From an uncultured Bacillota bacterium (lineage in GTDB: Bacteria; Sysuimicrobiota; Sysuimicrobiia; Sysuimicrobiales; Segetimicrobiaceae), in NCBI GenBank assembly GCA_963804645.1, contig CAWDRG010000013.1:1-64000 (forward strand): a stretch of DNA of 64,000 bases, given 5' to 3'. The position numbers were made by a program, and so were the translations under genes. The notes beneath the pieces were generated by a model. It searched no databases. It saw only the letters and a program-made list of their open reading frames with translations, and was not told where the DNA came from. Within the stretch, counting starts at the first letter, position 1. Each line of letters begins with the position of its first letter. Shown piece after piece: positions 59,726-64,000 of this stretch.

Positions 59726-60681
59726 AGCCTCCCGGGCGCTCCGTCGGACGCGGCGTGTCGTCTCCGTAGTGCCATCATAGCAGAAATCTTCTCGGCGACC
59801 ACGTCGGGTGGATCGTCGTCGACGTCGATCCACCGGTACCGCGGATCCGCCCGAAACCACGTCCACTGCCGCTTCGCGTAGCGGCGCGTGTTGCGCCGGA
59901 GCCGCTCCACGGCCTCGAGGAGGCCGGTCTCGCCGCGGATGTGCGGCACCAGGTCCTTGTAGCCGAGGCCCTGCATCGCCGGAAGCGACGGGGCATACCC
60001 GGCGTCGAGCAGCCGCCGCACCTCGTCCACGAGACCGTCGGTGAGCATCCGGTCGATGCGCCGGTCGATGCGCTCGTACAGGCGCGCGCGGTCCAGCGTG
60101 AGCGCGACCATCACGGGCGCCGCTTCCGGCGCCTCCGCAGGCGCCGCGGCCCACGGAATCCCGGTGCGCTCATAGACCTCGAGCGCGCGGATGATGCGCC
60201 GGAGGTTTCGCGGGTGCATCGCGGCGGCGCTCGCGGGATCGACCTCGGCGAGGCGGCGGTGCAGCGTGCCCGCCCCGCCCGCGCGCTCCTCTTCTTCCAG
60301 GCGGGCGCGCCGCGGCCAGTCGGGCGCGACAGCCGGGATCACTAACCCGTCCACCACGGCGCGGATGTACAGCCCGGTCCCGCCGAGGAGGATCGGCACG
60401 CGGCCGCGGGCGCGGATCTCGGCGATCGCCGCGCGGGCGAGCCGCTGATAGTCGGCGACCGTGAACACCTCGGTGGGGGCGGCAACGTCGAGGAGGTGAT
60501 GCGGCACCGCCGCGCGATCGGCGCGGGACGGCTTGGCGGTACCGATGTCGAGCCCGCGGTACACCGTCCGGGAATCCGCCGACACGATCTCCGCATCGAG
60601 CCGGCCTGCCGCCGCCACGGCGATCACGGTTTTTCCCACCGCCGTGGGGCCCGCGATGACGAGCAGCGGGCTTGAGGGCAA
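59722..60681 (-). CDS. miaA: tRNA dimethylallyltransferase (start uncertain)
   Basis: GPTAVGKT, SADS, DIGTAKP, GGTGLY, YAKRQ.TWF. Confidence 0.96.
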   Translation of the reverse strand: MPSSPLLVIAGPTAVGKTVIAVAAAGRLDAEIVSADSRTVYRGLDIGTAKPSRADRAAVPHHLLDVAAPTEVFTVADYQRLARAAIAEIRARGRVPILLGGTGLYIRAVVDGLVIPAVAPDWPRRARLEEEERAGGAGTLHRRLAEVDPASAAAMHPRNLRRIIRALEVYERTGIPWAAAPAEAPEAAPVMVALTLDRARLYERIDRRIDRMLTDGLVDEVRRLLDAGYAPSLPAMQGLGYKDLVPHIRGETGLLEAVERLRRNTRRYAKRQWTWFRADPRYRWIDVDDDPPDVVAEKISAMMALRRRHAASDGAPGRL

Positions 60682-60715
60682 CGCTACGGGACGGCGCGCG
60701 GGACGCCGCAGACAC

Positions 60716-61864
60716 TCATGGGGTGGTCTCGGTCTTCGGGGTCGCCTGGCCGCCGCGGCCCCGGCGCCGGCCTCTGCGGCGCCGCGCGGTCCCAGACGGC
60801 GCGGCGTGCGGCGCAACCGGCGCGACGGGTGCGGCCTCGGACGCCTTCGCCCGATGCGCGACGGCACGATGCACCGGCGGCGCCGTCGCCTTGATCACGG
60901 CCGGTTCCGGCGGCGTGCGCACGGGCGCGCGCTCCGCCTCCCGGGCGCTCGGGCCGTAGGGCCGGTCGTTCAACCAGATCAGCTGCCGCGGGGCCGATCG
61001 GCGATCGAAGTCGTAGAAGGCGCGGTACATCGTCCGCGCGATCTCCACCGCACGGACGGCGTTCTCGGCCGACAGCAGTGCCTCGGTGCGCGTCTCGCCG
61101 CCCCGGTCGGAGCGCTCGACTTCCTCGTACTCGCCCTTGTAGTGGGTCAGCATGTTCCGCCACGAGCGCAGCGTCGACAGCCCGCGCATCTCGCGTCCGC
61201 TCTCGGAAAACGTCTCGCCCGTCTTCCCCGCGAGGCGCGTCACCTCGACCCACTTGCCCTCGGGGGTCATCCGGTCGTAGTACCGGTAGCGGCCGGCGAG
61301 CCGATCCGTGCCGACCATGCTGATGAACGCTTCGAGTGCGAAGTACGACATCAGGATGGCCAGCAGCGCGTTGGTCCGCTCGCACTGGCGGTCGGGCGGT
61401 GAGGCGTTAGCGCACCGCTCGGCGGCCGCCGCGTGTTCGACGGCGAGCTCGAACATCGTCCGCTCGAGATGCGTGCGCTCCCACGCTTCTTCATCGCCCG
61501 CATCGGGGGTTGCGGCCGGCTCCTCGGCGCGCTCCGGAGCCGGGGCCGGCGCCGCGGCGGCCGCCGGTCGGTTCGCGCGTCCGGACCGGCGACGGCGGCG
61601 CTTCGGAGTGGGGACGGCCGGTGCGATCTCCTGCTGAGGCTCCGCCGCCACGACGTCGACCGGTCGTCCCAGTATCGGCGCAAACAGGGCCTCCGCCAGC
61701 GCCTCGACATCCGGGCTGCCGACAAACGGCGGGAGGGGCATCGACCCCAGGATCTCGGAGGCCGACGGCGGCGTATGGCTCGCGAGTGCGGCGGCCGGCG
61801 CCGCGCGTCCGCCGCCGCGCCGCCTGCGCCGGCGCCTGGGACGTGGCGCTTCAGGTGTCACCAT
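60716..61864 (-). CDS. Putative HEPN-domain protein with Arg-rich disordered arms
   Basis: Helical core with ALEAFI and RNMLTH (Rx4H). Three poly-Arg tracts. Confidence 0.6.
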   Translation of the reverse strand: MVTPEAPRPRRRRRRRGGGRAAPAAALASHTPPSASEILGSMPLPPFVGSPDVEALAEALFAPILGRPVDVVAAEPQQEIAPAVPTPKRRRRRSGRANRPAAAAAPAPAPERAEEPAATPDAGDEEAWERTHLERTMFELAVEHAAAAERCANASPPDRQCERTNALLAILMSYFALEAFISMVGTDRLAGRYRYYDRMTPEGKWVEVTRLAGKTGETFSESGREMRGLSTLRSWRNMLTHYKGEYEEVERSDRGGETRTEALLSAENAVRAVEIARTMYRAFYDFDRRSAPRQLIWLNDRPYGPSAREAERAPVRTPPEPAVIKATAPPVHRAVAHRAKASEAAPVAPVAPHAAPSGTARRRRGRRRGRGGQATPKTETTP

Positions 61865-61966
61865 GGACGGACTGTTCGCCGGTGGCGGCACGACCTCCCC
61901 CAGCGCGGCCGGCGGGCGCCGAACGCGGCGAAAGGACCCGGTGCCGTCGCGCCGAACACGAACATA

Positions 61967-64000
61967 GTGACGGAACTCACCCCGATGATGCGCCAGTACC
62001 GGGCGCTGAAAGATCAGCACCCTCACGCAATCCTCCTCTTCCGGCTCGGCGACTTCTTCGAAGCGTTCTTCGAGGACGCCCGCCTCGTCGCCCGCGAGCT
62101 CAACCTCACGCTGACGAGCCGGCCCGTCGCCAAAGGCCAGCGCATCCCCATGTGCGGGATCCCGCACCACGCCCTCCACACGTACCTCCGCCGCCTGATC
62201 GACCGCGGCCACCGTGTCGCGATCTGCGATCAGGTCGAGGATCCCGCGCAGGCCCGGACCCTCGTCCGCCGCGAGGTCGTGCGGGTCGTCACGCCCGGCA
62301 CGGTGGTGGAGGACGATCTCCTGGCGGCGCGCGAGAACAACTATCTCGCCGCCGCCGCCCGCGAGGGGGACGCGTGGGGCGTGGCCCTCGCCGACCTGTC
62401 GACCGGTGAGTTCTTTGCGACCGAGGGGACGGCGCCGCTCACGTTGTCGGACGTGCTCGCCCGCTACCGGCCGCGCGAGGTCCTGGTGCCGGACGTCGGC
62501 GGCGATGCGCTGCAGGTGGAGGAGGCAACCGCGACCCCGTACGACGCCTGGCGCTTCGACGCCGCGCTCGGCGCGCGGACGCTGCGCGAGCATCTCGAGG
62601 TCGCCTCGCTCGAGGCGTTCGACCTCCACACCGCCCCGCTCGCCACGGCCGCCGCCGGCGCGCTCGTCCAGTACCTCCACGAGACGCAGAAGGGACCGCT
62701 CCCCCACCTGCGCGGGCTACACCTCATCCCGCCGCAGGAGGGACTGGTCCTCGACGACGTGACCCGCCGCGCCCTCGGTCTCTGGCGCACGGCCCGCGAC
62801 GGGAGTGCGTCGGAGACGCTGCTCGATGTAATCGACCTCACCGAGACTGCGATGGGCGCCCGTCTCCTGCGCCGGTGGCTCGCGCAGCCGCTCGCCGATG
62901 TCGGCGGGATCGCGGCCCGCCAGGATGCGGTGGCGGCGTTCGCGGCAGACGGCGGCGCGCGGGAAGACGTGCGCGCGCGCCTGCGGGCGCTCGGTGATCT
63001 GGAGCGGCTCGTCGGGCGGCTCGCGCACGAGACCGGCGGACCGCGGGACCTCGCGGCGCTTCGGGACGTCGCGGACACGGTCCCCCTCATCGCACCGGCG
63101 GTCTCGGGCATCGCCGCCGGCGCCGTGCGGGCCCTCGTCCCGGCGCTCGCCGTCCCCCCGGAGATCAGCGCGCGCCTCTCCCTGGCCCTTGAGGACGCCC
63201 CGCCCGCCTCGCCGAAGGACGGCGGTGTGATCCGCCCCGGATTCGACGCCGTGCTCGACGAGCTGCGCGCCGGCAGCCAGGCCGCGCGCGACTGGATGGC
63301 CCACCTCGAGGCCGCCGAGCGCGAGCGCACCGGGATCCGCAGCCTCAAGGTCGGCTACAACCAGGTGATGGGCTACTACATCGAGGTCAGCCACGCCCAC
63401 GCGCGCAGCGTGCCGCAGGAGTACGTCCGCAAGGGCACCCTCGTCGGCGCCGAGCGGTACATCACCGCGGAGATGAAGGACCGCGAGACGCTGATCCTCT
63501 CGGCGCAGGAGCGGATCAACGCCCGCGCGTACGAAGTGTTCCGCGCGGTGCGCGACGAGGTGCGCGCCCACACTCCCGCCCTGCAGGCCGCGGCCCGGGC
63601 CCTCGCCGAGCTCGACGTCTACGCCGCCCTGGCCGAGATCGCGGTGCGCGGCGCCTACGTGCGGCCGCGGATCACGAACGGGCGCGCGATCCGGATCACC
63701 GGCGGGCGCCATCCGGTCGTCGAGCAGGCGCTCGGGGCCGAGCGGTTCGTGCCGAACGATCTCGTCCTCGGCGCGGACGGCCGCGAGCTGGCGATCGTGA
63801 CCGGCCCCAACTTTGGCGGCAAGAGCACCTACATCCGTCAGGCCGCGCTGGCGGTGGTCCTCGCGCAGACCGGCAGCTTCGTCCCGGCCCGCGAGGCGGA
63901 GATCGGCCTGGTCGACCGCATCTTCACCCGGGTCGGCGCCACCGACGACCTCGCCGCCGGCCGCAGCACGTTTCTGTCGGAGATGATCGAGGTCGCGCGG
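61967..64000 (+). CDS. mutS: DNA mismatch repair protein MutS (3' partial)
   Basis: TPMMRQY, LFRLGDFFE, GRHPVVE and TGPNFGGKST are all in one frame, which runs off the window. Confidence 0.97.
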   Translation, partial: MTELTPMMRQYRALKDQHPHAILLFRLGDFFEAFFEDARLVARELNLTLTSRPVAKGQRIPMCGIPHHALHTYLRRLIDRGHRVAICDQVEDPAQARTLVRREVVRVVTPGTVVEDDLLAARENNYLAAAAREGDAWGVALADLSTGEFFATEGTAPLTLSDVLARYRPREVLVPDVGGDALQVEEATATPYDAWRFDAALGARTLREHLEVASLEAFDLHTAPLATAAAGALVQYLHETQKGPLPHLRGLHLIPPQEGLVLDDVTRRALGLWRTARDGSASETLLDVIDLTETAMGARLLRRWLAQPLADVGGIAARQDAVAAFAADGGAREDVRARLRALGDLERLVGRLAHETGGPRDLAALRDVADTVPLIAPAVSGIAAGAVRALVPALAVPPEISARLSLALEDAPPASPKDGGVIRPGFDAVLDELRAGSQAARDWMAHLEAAERERTGIRSLKVGYNQVMGYYIEVSHAHARSVPQEYVRKGTLVGAERYITAEMKDRETLILSAQERINARAYEVFRAVRDEVRAHTPALQAAARALAELDVYAALAEIAVRGAYVRPRITNGRAIRITGGRHPVVEQALGAERFVPNDLVLGADGRELAIVTGPNFGGKSTYIRQAALAVVLAQTGSFVPAREAEIGLVDRIFTRVGATDDLAAGRSTFLSEMIEVAR

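Overview
A 64-kb GC-rich bacterial chromosome segment; OmpH/Skp points to a diderm, while the LexA box and dapL point to a Terrabacteria-like lineage (inference). Bases 1-25,500 are accessory: secreted and membrane proteins, TA modules, two molybdoenzymes without partner subunits, gene remnants and IS elements. Bases 25,500-50,800 are catabolic and transport genes. Bases 56,300-64,000 are core genes: lexA, hflX, dapL, miaA and a partial mutS. Main observations: (1) three IS elements, two related DUF6788-like + DDE elements and one IS256, are stacked in one 11-bp palindrome that overlaps the lexA SOS box; (2) an Arg-rich protein with a HEPN-like motif leads the miaA-dapL-hflX run; (3) an intact LigD-like ligase has lost catalytic residues; (4) a sigmaH-like promoter motif recurs in front of many genes; (5) an IS with paired subterminal repeats carries an internal ISAzo13 fragment. 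No rRNA, tRNA or CRISPR array was seen. All family calls come from motif recognition by eye, not database searches.
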